The notes beneath the pieces were generated by a model. The model searched no databases. It saw only the letters and a program-made list of their open reading frames with translations, and was not told the origin of the DNA. Positions 1 through 8,712 of a stretch of 29,753 nucleotides of DNA are shown here, piece by piece; within the stretch, counting starts at the first letter, position 1, and every line of letters begins with the position of its first letter. The translations under genes and the position numbers were made by a program. This DNA is from a virus (Duplodnaviria; Caudoviricetes): the IMG/VR virus record IMGVR_UViG_3300005512_000232, positions 1-29,753 of that record; one strand, 5' to 3'.

Positions 1-28
1 TTATCCTTTCATGACAGTTGCGATAACG

Positions 29-58
29 AATTGTAGCATGTCCAGTTTACTGGGGTCA
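29..58 (-). promoter_or_regulatory. sigma70-type promoter for the gene beyond the window edge
   Basis: Minus strand TTGACC-N18-TACAAT with TG extended -10, right after the polymerase stop; SD-like GAAAGGA at the window edge. Confidence 0.6.
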
Positions 59-62
59 ACCC

Positions 63-1934
63 CTAGTGAATACTAGAGTACCTTGACCCGAACTGAACAT
101 CTACATCAAGGTCAACGTTCAGCCTGAGCTTTGCATTGACCGCTTGAATAGCCCACTTGAGGGCTGCTTCATGCTCCTGTTCCTCACCGATAGGGATGTC
201 ATTGATCGACTCGTCGTGGAACTGGCCGACAATGTTGGGTCTCCTGGTGAGGTAGTGTGCCACCCACTGGTCAAAGCAGTAGGCACCTGTACCCTGGTTG
301 AGAGTAGAGAAGATATCCTTCTCAAAGCGTAGGGTGTACCAGAAGTTGTTGACTGGGTTCTTCACCCACATCTGCCCACCAACCTTCTTGACTTCCTGAT
401 CCTCAGCGAACCTGTTGACTGCCCAGTTACGTTCCCAGTATGAGTCGATCAGGACTGCAGCCTCCTGCATGGACATGCCTGTGGTACGGGACAGCTTCTT
501 GGGTCTGACCCCGTAGACACTGGCGTAGTTCACAGGCTTGAACTTCTTGCGGATCTTCTTGATCCCCTTGAAGCGATCCCTGTCAGCCACTGTGTCTTCA
601 TCGGCAGTGGTGTAGAAGGTGTAGTCATCCCTGCTGATATAGCCAGACCTGACTGCAAGATCAAGATGTTCATCAAACCCAGGCTCAGACATCTCATGGA
701 CATACTCGGGGTCATAGGGGTAGATGAAGTGCTTCTTGGTGGTAGCCTCAAGGGATACCATGTCTGCACCACACAGGACATGACCCTCACGTGCAATCAG
801 GGCACCCCGGATCTCCTTACCCCAGGGCTTGTCTACCCCAGGCAGATTGACCAGAGGCTTCTTGTGCTTGAAGCGGAGGGTGTTAGTCAGGCCAGCAATC
901 TCAGCCTTGACGTAGCCATCCTCATCAACAGACTCAAGCATACCCTCGAAGATAGAACGACGATGCTGGAGGACAGTCAGACCATCCAGCAGTTCGACCT
1001 CGGGGTGTTCCTCAATCAGGAGTGTGACTGAGGGGGCAAGCTCACCATCCTTGCGAACCTGTGGTACAGTCCGCTCAGACCCATCATCCTCCTTCTTGTA
1101 GTCGAAGGTACAGGGTTCCCATCCCATGCTGAACAGCCAAGCCTTGACCTGATCAGAGGAGTTGGGGTTGGCTTTGTCGTAGCCCTTGAGGATCTTGAGT
1201 GGCTCCTCCTGGCTAGGATCAAGACCCTGCTTCTTGCACTCATCAAACCACTCCTGTCCATGTGCAGACAGGGTGCGGTCCTTCTTGAACATCGTCTTCG
1301 GCTTCTGCTTCTTACGATACTGGGGTACTGGTGGCATAACTGCAGCCAGTTCCTCCACCTTCTCGTCCTGTAGTTTGACGATAGTGTGCAGGCTCTTCTC
1401 CACCAACTCAGTGTCAAGCTTCCACTTCGACTGCTCTGCCATCGCTGCACACTTCATCTTGAAGGTGAGGTACTGCAGGAAACGGTCGAGGCTCTGCTTG
1501 TCATTACCATACACTAGCTTGAAGCGTTTGATCAGATCATCCCACAGCTTCATGTTGATCTTCACATCCTCGACACAACGATGTGCATACTCCTGGGGTG
1601 TCAGACTCTGCCAGTCTGCAATGCTAGGCTTTGGCACACCATAGCGTTCACCATGCACCTCAAGTCCATGCTGCATCATATCCGTGAACATGACCCAGGA
1701 CATGGGCAGAGTGTCATAGAGCTTGGCCTTGATGTTGATACCAAGGATACGCTCAAGCACAGGGATATCGAACCGAACAATGTTGTGACCTATCAGAACC
1801 TTTGCGTGGACAAGAAGGTCTCGCATCTCATCATAGTTATGGGTGTGGCGAACCTGACCGCCTTCATAGTAGGCGAGGACATGGATCTTCGTCGCCTCTT
1901 CCAGAAGGTTGTCAGTCTCGCAGTCAAAGATCAT
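63..1934 (-). CDS. polA: Family A DNA polymerase with 3'-5' exonuclease (T7 gp5-like)
   Basis: ExoI FDCETD, ExoII GHNIVRFD, ExoIII YAHRCVEDV, motif A GADMVSLE, motif B RKKFKPVNYASVYG, motif C FHDE. Start moved to ATG 1934, which overlaps the upstream TAA (TAATG) and follows a GGGAGA SD. Confidence 0.95.
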   Translation of the reverse strand: MIFDCETDNLLEEATKIHVLAYYEGGQVRHTHNYDEMRDLLVHAKVLIGHNIVRFDIPVLERILGINIKAKLYDTLPMSWVMFTDMMQHGLEVHGERYGVPKPSIADWQSLTPQEYAHRCVEDVKINMKLWDDLIKRFKLVYGNDKQSLDRFLQYLTFKMKCAAMAEQSKWKLDTELVEKSLHTIVKLQDEKVEELAAVMPPVPQYRKKQKPKTMFKKDRTLSAHGQEWFDECKKQGLDPSQEEPLKILKGYDKANPNSSDQVKAWLFSMGWEPCTFDYKKEDDGSERTVPQVRKDGELAPSVTLLIEEHPEVELLDGLTVLQHRRSIFEGMLESVDEDGYVKAEIAGLTNTLRFKHKKPLVNLPGVDKPWGKEIRGALIAREGHVLCGADMVSLEATTKKHFIYPYDPEYVHEMSEPGFDEHLDLAVRSGYISRDDYTFYTTADEDTVADRDRFKGIKKIRKKFKPVNYASVYGVRPKKLSRTTGMSMQEAAVLIDSYWERNWAVNRFAEDQEVKKVGGQMWVKNPVNNFWYTLRFEKDIFSTLNQGTGAYCFDQWVAHYLTRRPNIVGQFHDESINDIPIGEEQEHEAALKWAIQAVNAKLRLNVDLDVDVQFGSRYSSIH

Positions 1935-2431
1935 TAGAAGTTCTCCCAATCAGTTTCAAACTTATTCTTCTTGCGTATGTTAGACGTTGCTTCTAACACT
2001 TGCAAGTTCCAAGGTACGTTTAGACCACAAACACTTCTCCCATTTAAGGGTACTATATGGTCTACGTGATACCTTGCAGGCATAAGCTGCTCAAAGCGTC
2101 GGCATAAAGCATACAAAGATTCCATACTTTCTAACTGCTCTGGGGTTAGCCAGGTCGGTGTTGAACGTATCTTGTTGTTCCTGTACCTAGCCTTCACCCT
2201 TGCAACTTTCTCAGGGTTGTTAGAAATCCACAGAGATACTTTCTCCTTGGCTTTCTCTGGGTTGGACTCTCTCCACTGCTTAGATCTTTGCCTGTTCCTT
2301 TCCCTCTTCTCAGGATCGGCAATCCTCCTCTTGTGTTCTGCTTGCTTCTTGCACTTAACGTCACAGAAAACAGCATGGCTTCTCTTCGTCGGGGCCAGGG
2401 TTGCCCCGCAGTTCTGACACAGTCTCTCCAT
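1934..2431 (-). CDS. HNH homing endonuclease, free-standing
   Basis: C-terminal YHVDHIVPLNGRSVCGLNVPWNLQVLEATSNIRKKN; N-terminal CxxC..CxxxC; basic helical linker; AT-richer than neighbours. Confidence 0.88.
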   Translation of the reverse strand: MERLCQNCGATLAPTKRSHAVFCDVKCKKQAEHKRRIADPEKRERNRQRSKQWRESNPEKAKEKVSLWISNNPEKVARVKARYRNNKIRSTPTWLTPEQLESMESLYALCRRFEQLMPARYHVDHIVPLNGRSVCGLNVPWNLQVLEATSNIRKKNKFETDWENF

Positions 2432-2441
2432 TCTAATCTCC

Positions 2442-2488
2442 TAAAAGGCCGATTCGCTAGTTATACTCGAAGCGACCTTTTATGTCAA
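2442..2488 (-). promoter_or_regulatory. Promoter of the HNH cassette inside an inverted repeat
   Basis: TTGACA-N17-TATAAC directly after the helicase TAG; arms AAAAGGTCGCTTCG and CGAATCGGCCTTTT are 12/14 complementary. Confidence 0.75.
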
Positions 2489-4078
2489 CTAGAAATGTTC
2501 ACGAAGTATGGTCGAGGCTGGATCGTAGTAGAGGCTCCCAGCTACACCGAGCTTTGCGAATGGTCTGTTCTTTGTAATCTTGAGGACGGTAGTGTTCTTT
2601 TCCAACTCATCCTCACTCTCACCATCACGGTAGAGATCGACACAAATCACAGCCTCTTCCTCAAGAGCACCAGCATACTTCGTCCGACCATCGTCGTTTA
2701 CTTGGGAGATGAATACTACACCAATGTTCAACTCCTTGGCAAGCTGTGCTGCCTGACTCCCAAGCATTGTCAGTGTCGATGTTGCTCCATCAACACCAGC
2801 CTGTGACAAATATGCCAGACGTTGTACGTGGTCGATGAAGATGAAGTCTGCTCCGTAGACAGTGGCCGCAGTCCTGATGTGATCCAGCAGGGACATCGGG
2901 TTATCATCCGACCGCATCTCGAAGAGGATCGTGCGCTCACCCCTGACAGCCTGACGTGCTGCCTCAACCACCTTTTCCTCGGTGAAGCCATTAGCCTTGG
3001 CATCATCCTTGGTACGCACGTTGATACCCAACTCGTAGGTAGCCATAGCACGATAGGTGGTGGACTTCATCTCCTCCATGTGTAGGCCAGCGAAGACAGC
3101 CGTATCACTGTTCTTAAGAAGCCCCACCTCTAGGTAGCGGATCACCTCAGTCTTGCCAGTACCACGGGGTGCCTTGATGAAAGTGAGGCCACCCTTGACC
3201 AGACCACGGATCATACTGTCGAGACCCTCATGCCCAGTCGGGACATACTCGTAGGGGTTCTCGTTCAGGATGGCCGTGGTGACTGCATCCTCAGAGATGA
3301 AGAAGTTCTCGGGTGAGTACCGCTGTGCCTTTACCGCTGCCCACTTGAGATCCTCTGTGTCTCCAGCCTGCAGGAAGTCATTGGCATCCTTGTACTTGGT
3401 CATCGGTACATACCAGAACTTCTTGGGGAAGATGCTGTAGAATTTATCAGCAGCCTTCCGACCAGCAGCATCTAGCTCACCCGCATAGACAATCTCTGAG
3501 AAGGAGTCGAGGTAGTCCTTGTTCTTCTGGAAGAACTTGTCCCCGATAGATGCGGAGGGTAGGGACATGACAGGCCAACGCTTGTCAAGAATCTGGTACA
3601 GGCTGGCTGCGTCAAACTCTCCCTCAGTAATGTAGATACGCTTGCTGGTACCTGCGTTGAAGTCAGGGCCGAACAAGTCATTAGAACCCAGGCCAGTCTC
3701 CTTGTACCAGGACTTCTTCTTGTCATGGTAGTCACGATACTTGGTATTCCCTGGATACTTGTAGGCATACCGAAGGGGCTGACCCTCGTATGTCTGTAGC
3801 TGGATGCCGTAGTACTTAGCGACATCTGCATCGAGGGATCTGATCCCCTCGTAGGTTACACCATCAGGCTGGACACGCTTGGCATCCACCAGTGGTATAA
3901 CAGGGTAGGTTTCTTTAGCCCAGTCTTTCAAGTTGATCCCCTTGGTATGGCCTGCTGCTGGATAACTCCCGCTGCATGAATGACAGTAGCCTGTCCGATC
4001 CTCTGTATCCCAAGCAAAGGCATTGCTCGACTTACAGTCTGCGAAGGGACAGGGCTGGTGTGTGAGTTGGCTCATCAC
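2489..4078 (-). CDS. Primase-helicase (T7 gp4-like)
   Basis: N-terminal Cys zinc finger, TOPRIM ITEGEFDA and YKDAND, Walker A APRGTGKT, FIFIDH, VFISQ, KNR. Confidence 0.93.
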   Translation of the reverse strand: MMSQLTHQPCPFADCKSSNAFAWDTEDRTGYCHSCSGSYPAAGHTKGINLKDWAKETYPVIPLVDAKRVQPDGVTYEGIRSLDADVAKYYGIQLQTYEGQPLRYAYKYPGNTKYRDYHDKKKSWYKETGLGSNDLFGPDFNAGTSKRIYITEGEFDAASLYQILDKRWPVMSLPSASIGDKFFQKNKDYLDSFSEIVYAGELDAAGRKAADKFYSIFPKKFWYVPMTKYKDANDFLQAGDTEDLKWAAVKAQRYSPENFFISEDAVTTAILNENPYEYVPTGHEGLDSMIRGLVKGGLTFIKAPRGTGKTEVIRYLEVGLLKNSDTAVFAGLHMEEMKSTTYRAMATYELGINVRTKDDAKANGFTEEKVVEAARQAVRGERTILFEMRSDDNPMSLLDHIRTAATVYGADFIFIDHVQRLAYLSQAGVDGATSTLTMLGSQAAQLAKELNIGVVFISQVNDDGRTKYAGALEEEAVICVDLYRDGESEDELEKNTTVLKITKNRPFAKLGVAGSLYYDPASTILREHF

Positions 4079-4107
4079 TCCCCCGAAAAGAAAAACATAG
4101 ATCCGTA

Positions 4108-4137
4108 TATTAGCACACCAAGTAGTGTCGATACAAC
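4108..4137 (-). promoter_or_regulatory. Putative promoter upstream of primase-helicase
   Basis: TTGTAT-N18-TAATAT with TG extended -10 in the intergenic gap. Confidence 0.45.
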
Positions 4138-4138
4138 C

Positions 4139-4378
4139 TCAACTGGCATTGTCTTTCCTTTCTACATAGTAGGAACCCTCTGACCTGTCAAGCGAGGCGA
4201 AGAGATCCAGGAGTTGTTGGAATGAGATCAGGATAGTCTGCGTCTCTTGTAGTTCATTGTCATACTGCACGAGGTAGACGCTCTCCTCTGTGAGAACCAT
4301 CTGGATATCCTCGCACATATCATCTTCATCAAGACTTGTTACAATCGTGTGGTCTGGCTGAAACTCAATCGTGAACAT
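4139..4378 (-). CDS. Hypothetical acidic phage protein
   Basis: 79 aa ORF overlapping the thyX stop, same strand as the operon. Confidence 0.7.
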   Translation of the reverse strand: MFTIEFQPDHTIVTSLDEDDMCEDIQMVLTEESVYLVQYDNELQETQTILISFQQLLDLFASLDRSEGSYYVERKDNAS

Positions 4379-5057
4379 CCATCAAGGCTCCCCACGAAAC
4401 AGGGAAGAGATCCCCCATCACCTCACTAATCTGGTCAGCTACAACACGTGTCTCATACTGTGTGTCAGTAGCACAGCGTAGCCTACACATGCGGGCGAGG
4501 GCATCAAGGCTTCCGCTCCACCACCACTCAGTCATGGTGCTCTGAGGCAGAACCATGCGGGCTTGCTCAGGTGCGACACCCTCATCAAGTAGCTGGTTGT
4601 ACAGACCAAGAGCTTTGTCGTTATAGTATAACATGTTTGCATTGCTCTCGACTACACCCTCACTACCCTGCTTCTTATCCTCACTACGACCACGCCAGAC
4701 ATCAGGTGTGTAGAACTCTGGCTCATCATCCACGTAGCGACGACTGACTTCGTTCCAACGAAGAAAGGAATGCTTGACCATCTGGCGGGCTACGAAGATC
4801 GGAGCTTTCACATGGAAGCTGGCAAAGGCATGACCGAATGGGCTGATGTGATTGTGCTTGGCTAGGTAACGTACCAGCTTCTGGTCACGGTGATCAAGCA
4901 CAGCGATCAGGTCACCGCAGCGTGAGCCATCCTCGTAGTCATAGTTGAGCCATTCAACGGGGTGTGAGGTCTTACCAAAGGATACCCGTGCAGCATTCAC
5001 TACACTAATGTCTGATCCCATGTGGTCTTTCAAGGTGGCCTTTATTTGTTCAACCAT
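4365..5057 (-). CDS. thyX: Flavin-dependent thymidylate synthase ThyX
   Basis: DHMGSDISVVNAARVSF, HISPFGH, APIFVARQMVKH..WNEVSRRY, GVAPEQARMVLP, TQYETR. Confidence 0.95.
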   Translation of the reverse strand: MVEQIKATLKDHMGSDISVVNAARVSFGKTSHPVEWLNYDYEDGSRCGDLIAVLDHRDQKLVRYLAKHNHISPFGHAFASFHVKAPIFVARQMVKHSFLRWNEVSRRYVDDEPEFYTPDVWRGRSEDKKQGSEGVVESNANMLYYNDKALGLYNQLLDEGVAPEQARMVLPQSTMTEWWWSGSLDALARMCRLRCATDTQYETRVVADQISEVMGDLFPVSWGALMDVHD

Positions 5058-5470
5058 TTGTACAACCTTTCAAGCTCATCTTTTGTCATGTTGTTTTTCA
5101 ATCTGTTAGCCCTAGCCGATAGCCACTGGACGTTACCTTTCACGTAACCTTTACTTGGGTCTATCCTGTCGAGGTGTGGGGCATGGGTCTCTGACCTAGA
5201 AGCTCTTATATCTAAGGGCACTTCAAGTATAGGACAAGAACCTGTCCAGATACTTTCAAGATACTCTTCTGTAAGATCAAAATCTAGACACTCCCTCTTA
5301 CACTGGGTCTTCTTTCGAATGACCTTTCGATAAAAAGGTTGAGCCTCGTCTTTTATCGCTTGGTAAACCGCAGAACTTTTGTTCGAACAGGGTTTGCAGT
5401 ACCCGCTCGTATGTTTACTATCCGACGAATCTGCCCCACATTTAGGGCAGGTGTTTGTTTTTCTACTCAA
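5042..5470 (-). CDS. HNH-like homing endonuclease, free-standing
   Basis: CPKC..CKPC zinc motif and HLDRIDPSKGYVKGNVQWLSARANRLKN; probable TTG start at 5470 after GGAGG; AT-rich. Confidence 0.8.
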   Translation of the reverse strand: MSRKTNTCPKCGADSSDSKHTSGYCKPCSNKSSAVYQAIKDEAQPFYRKVIRKKTQCKRECLDFDLTEEYLESIWTGSCPILEVPLDIRASRSETHAPHLDRIDPSKGYVKGNVQWLSARANRLKNNMTKDELERLYKWLNK

Positions 5471-5500
5471 CGTAACCTCCTGTGTATTTGTTACGGCAGT

Positions 5501-5529
5501 AGTTTTACACATAAAATTTATTATGTCAA
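5501..5529 (-). promoter_or_regulatory. Promoter of the second HNH cassette
   Basis: TTGACA-N16-TAAAACT. Confidence 0.6.
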
Positions 5530-5549
5530 GCCTTAGTTGCTTTAATCAT
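5526..5549 (-). pseudogene. Remnant of the original thyX 5' end (MIKATKA*)
   Basis: ATG ATT AAA GCA ACT AAG GCT TGA overlaps the upstream stop; IKAT matches the thyX N-terminus MVEQIKATL. Confidence 0.65.
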
Positions 5550-5853
5550 GTTCAGTATCCACCCATTCAAGCGTTTCTTTGACGAGGTCTTTCAGGATTT
5601 CCCCTACGCTCTCATACTCAGTCAGGTCATGGTGTCTCCCACCATCCTTGAGGTCAAAGGCATAGCTGTGTGCAGTCATACCCTCAATGCGCATAGGATC
5701 GTAGCTCTTAGCACAGGGCGAGTCCTTTGTCATGGCGTACATGATGTCAGTGCAAGCAAGGGCATAACCTTCAATCATCAAGGCTGTCACAGTGTCTATA
5801 TCCTTGAGGTCTCTGATCTCTACGGGGCTATATATGTAGGGTTTGCTAATCAT
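5542..5853 (-). CDS. Hypothetical protein
   Basis: 103 aa ORF with overlapping start/stop in the operon. Confidence 0.7.
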   Translation of the reverse strand: MISKPYIYSPVEIRDLKDIDTVTALMIEGYALACTDIMYAMTKDSPCAKSYDPMRIEGMTAHSYAFDLKDGGRHHDLTEYESVGEILKDLVKETLEWVDTEHD

Positions 5854-6110
5854 TCTTCAATCTCCTCCATGTCTACACCAGTTAGCTTCATCAGACGTAG
5901 CGCACCAGCCTCAGCATCCTCACCCATCTTCTGTGGGAAGTAACCCATGTAGACACTGACAATCATGCGGGCATACAAGTCACCCAAGAACTCAGTCTCA
6001 TACTGTTCGTCACCCCACTTGTCCTCAGACTCTTTCATAAGAACCTCAAGGGTAGCTACAGTATATCGGTTGATAGCCTCGTGCTTTTCTTCTGAGCATT
6101 CCTTACTCAT
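5850..6110 (-). CDS. Hypothetical protein
   Basis: 86 aa coupled ORF. Confidence 0.7.
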   Translation of the reverse strand: MSKECSEEKHEAINRYTVATLEVLMKESEDKWGDEQYETEFLGDLYARMIVSVYMGYFPQKMGEDAEAGALRLMKLTGVDMEEIEE

Positions 6111-6312
6111 AGTCTTTCACTCCATGTTTCAAAATGTCTACAGAAATGTTGTTCAGCATCTGGACTACCTCAGCCACACTCTCACCATCTACAGTGACAG
6201 GGTTGTGTGTAAACGCAGGGCCAGTCTCCAGATCGTAATACTCATGCACTGCGTAGTATACTTCACCCTCAGGTGACGTGTGCTTCATCAGTTGATAATG
6301 CCAATGTGACAT
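6103..6312 (-). CDS. Hypothetical phage protein
   Basis: 69 aa coupled ORF (WHYQLM..YYAVHEYY). Confidence 0.75.
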   Translation of the reverse strand: MSHWHYQLMKHTSPEGEVYYAVHEYYDLETGPAFTHNPVTVDGESVAEVVQMLNNISVDILKHGVKDYE

Positions 6313-6605
6313 CAGAACACCTGATCCATCATTTTATCCCAAGCCTTGTTCATAAGCTGGCTCTCCTCATTATAGTAGCCAACAGTGTAAAACTTCAGCA
6401 CACGAATGGTAGCCTTGCCATCATGGTAGAGTTCATTCAGGTCTGTGTGCTGTAGGTCTGATAGGTCTTTGGTATTTACCAGACGCTCAACCTCAGCACA
6501 GATAGTCTCAAGGCTGTCCTCTAGTCCGACGACCACAAAATCAGTACAGATGTCATCACTACCCTCAAGCAGTCGCTTCACCAGTTTTTCTTTTACATTA
6601 GTCAT
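6312..6605 (-). CDS. Hypothetical protein
   Basis: Start taken at MTNVKEK after GGAGA; coupled to neighbours. Confidence 0.65.
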   Translation of the reverse strand: MTNVKEKLVKRLLEGSDDICTDFVVVGLEDSLETICAEVERLVNTKDLSDLQHTDLNELYHDGKATIRVLKFYTVGYYNEESQLMNKAWDKMMDQVF

Positions 6606-6873
6606 TTGTGAACATCTCCTGTATATCATCAGCCGTGTATGGCCCTTCAATTTCGTCACTACATTTACCGAACTCTTTCCCGTAGTCAGCAATTACCTGT
6701 AGTGCATCCTGTATATCCAAACCATACGCAGCACAAGTCAGGATAAACTCTAAGCCTAACTCAGTGATCTTCTTAGTGGACGCATCATCCATGTCGAAGG
6801 TGTAGGTGGCTGAACCATCCTCGTGTTCTACTGTGTCAGCGATTACGATAGTGCTTAGTTTTTCTTCACCCAT
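6598..6873 (-). CDS. Hypothetical acidic protein
   Basis: 91 aa coupled ORF containing EHEDGSAT. Confidence 0.7.
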   Translation of the reverse strand: MGEEKLSTIVIADTVEHEDGSATYTFDMDDASTKKITELGLEFILTCAAYGLDIQDALQVIADYGKEFGKCSDEIEGPYTADDIQEMFTND

Positions 6874-7084
6874 CGTCCTGTCCTTTCAGTTCTGCGAGGA
6901 TGGCGTCGGCTATTTCAATGATCTGCCTGTCTCCGTGGATCAGCCTGTGGGCGTCTGCTGGATACGGCTGCTTGATTTTCTGCAGTGCCTCCATCGCCTT
7001 CTCCAGCTTGGCTTCCAGTTCCTCGATGCGGTCGGCCATGTCTTCGAATATCTGCATACTTATCGTAATCATCATGTCAGTCAT
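6866..7084 (-). CDS. Hypothetical coiled-coil protein
   Basis: ADRIEELEAKLEKAMEAL heptads. Confidence 0.7.
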   Translation of the reverse strand: MTDMMITISMQIFEDMADRIEELEAKLEKAMEALQKIKQPYPADAHRLIHGDRQIIEIADAILAELKGQDDG

Positions 7085-7346
7085 CAGTCTGTATCCCCCC
7101 GATCATATACTCCACGAGCAGAGCCTTGGCACACTCAACAATCATCAGGTTTTCTGCAATAGAACCCTGTGACATAGCGAAGTAGAAGCCATCCTCCTCA
7201 GTCCAGCCTGCTATCACAACAGACTTAAGCTTACCCTGTGCAGCCTCAAGCACCATGTCTACGTTGATATCCTTGTCAGTCTCAACCTCCTCAGGCTTCC
7301 TGAAGGCTACCACATTCAGCTTAGGCTTGTTGTCATCATCATTCAT
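7077..7346 (-). CDS. Hypothetical phage protein
   Basis: 89 aa ORF, ATGA overlap with the recombinase stop. Confidence 0.7.
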   Translation of the reverse strand: MNDDDNKPKLNVVAFRKPEEVETDKDINVDMVLEAAQGKLKSVVIAGWTEEDGFYFAMSQGSIAENLMIVECAKALLVEYMIGGIQTDD

Positions 7347-8470
7347 CGTTTCTTCCTCATGTCTAGGGCATTGGTTGCAGCCCTGAGTGTATGCTTATGG
7401 TATGGGTTGAGTGACTGAACATTCTGGTGACCAGTTACACTCATGATCTGGAGCGAGTCAACCCCTGCCTCGATCATCTCAACGATACCAGTCTTACGCA
7501 GGTCACCGATCCAGATATCCTCAGGAAGCCCAGCAGCAGCCTTCACCTCGTTGGCTAGGTGGGATACCTGCTCCCTCTCCATCGGCCTGTATGCCCCGTC
7601 AGCGGGCCTCTGCTGAGGCACTACGTATTCCTGGAAGTCCCAGTCCTTCTTCTGCTGACTGAGCATGGTGGTCAACTCATCTGATACTGGCATCTGCACA
7701 GTAGCACCACGCTTGGTCTGCTTGATGGTGACCACCTGCTTGTCTAGGTCTAGGCTGGACCACTTGAGGAGACGGACATCCGTGGGTCTCTGCGCCCAGT
7801 CATAGCACATGTATGCGATCAGTCCGATATTCCTCCAGCGAAAGTTAGAGAATGCTGTGTCGAGGAACAACTCTACCTGCTCGGGTGTCCATGTGTTGTA
7901 TCGTGGCTCATGCTTTAGCTTGCGAACCTTCGACATGGGATTGTCATCCAGCATGTCAAGGGAACGACAGTGATTGAACACCACTGAAACAATTCGTGAT
8001 AACTCATTGGCCTTGGCAACTGAACCATCCTCTACCCAGTAGTGGTAGATCTGGTGACAGGTCATGGCGTTGAGGTTCTTAACCTTAACATCACCGAATG
8101 TCTTGGTTCCGTAGTCAGTATCCATAGCGTGTTGCAGTCGAGCCTCGTAGGTTCTCTGCGATCCATGCGAGAGGGATCTAAACTGTGGGCTGGTGAGGTA
8201 GTGGGCTACCACCTGACGCAGGCTTGAGGCTGGACCTATGTTACCTGCCACGATATCACCACGGCGGAAGGCTTCGACTTTCTCAATCAGCTTGGGGACT
8301 TCATGCCGTGCTGTCCTTCCGTCCCGAAACGTCTGTGCTCTGACTACCCCCGCTGCCACTGCATCCTGTGGTGGGGTGAAGCGGTAGGTGATCTTCCCCT
8401 TCTTGTTCTTTATCTCTTTGAGATACTTTAAGTTGGACAACATTGTGTGACCAGTCATCGTGTGGATCAT
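7343..8470 (-). CDS. int: Tyrosine recombinase / phage integrase
   Basis: Catalytic R in AQRPTD, K in QTKRG, GDLRKT box, TGHQ, Tyr in LNPY; exact start uncertain. Confidence 0.88.
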   Translation of the reverse strand: MIHTMTGHTMLSNLKYLKEIKNKKGKITYRFTPPQDAVAAGVVRAQTFRDGRTARHEVPKLIEKVEAFRRGDIVAGNIGPASSLRQVVAHYLTSPQFRSLSHGSQRTYEARLQHAMDTDYGTKTFGDVKVKNLNAMTCHQIYHYWVEDGSVAKANELSRIVSVVFNHCRSLDMLDDNPMSKVRKLKHEPRYNTWTPEQVELFLDTAFSNFRWRNIGLIAYMCYDWAQRPTDVRLLKWSSLDLDKQVVTIKQTKRGATVQMPVSDELTTMLSQQKKDWDFQEYVVPQQRPADGAYRPMEREQVSHLANEVKAAAGLPEDIWIGDLRKTGIVEMIEAGVDSLQIMSVTGHQNVQSLNPYHKHTLRAATNALDMRKKR

Positions 8471-8476
8471 CCCCTG

Positions 8477-8566
8477 TCATAACAGATCACTCAGGTCTAC
8501 CATCAGCATCATTGTCACAACAACAAGAGCAGCAAGTAGAAGTCTACCGAGTATGAATTGTATCAT
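8477..8566 (-). CDS. Small hydrophobic (single-TM) protein, not in the ORF track
   Basis: MIQFILGRLLLAALVVVTMMLMVDLSDLL after AGAGGACAGG. Confidence 0.5.
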   Translation of the reverse strand: MIQFILGRLLLAALVVVTMMLMVDLSDLL

Positions 8567-8599
8567 GTGCCTGTCCTCTTGATCAACAAAACTTTTCTG

Positions 8600-8712
8600 T
8601 TGACGGGTGGGTGAGGAGTCTGCTACCCTGTATTACTTAAGTATACTTAGGGTTACCTAACTCCTCTCTCTTACTTATAACTCTTAAGCTATATTCTTAA
8701 GTTATAGCTTAG
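8600..8712. repeat. AT-rich nested palindrome cluster (origin-like)
   Basis: TACTTAAGTA, TAAGTATACTTA, TTAGG-N4-CCTAA, TAAGCTATA-N9-TATAGCTTA; preceded by plus-strand TTGACG-N18-TACCCT. Confidence 0.6.

Noticed and set aside
1934-5549. Group I introns or inteins around the two HNH genes
   Set aside because: No P/Q/R/S core or intein termini seen; flanks are too short and hold only promoters
8303-8480. Alternate-frame minus-strand peptide MTGDDPHDDWSH.. overlapping the integrase start
   Set aside because: ATGA-coupled and possibly real, but it lies almost wholly within int and has no other support
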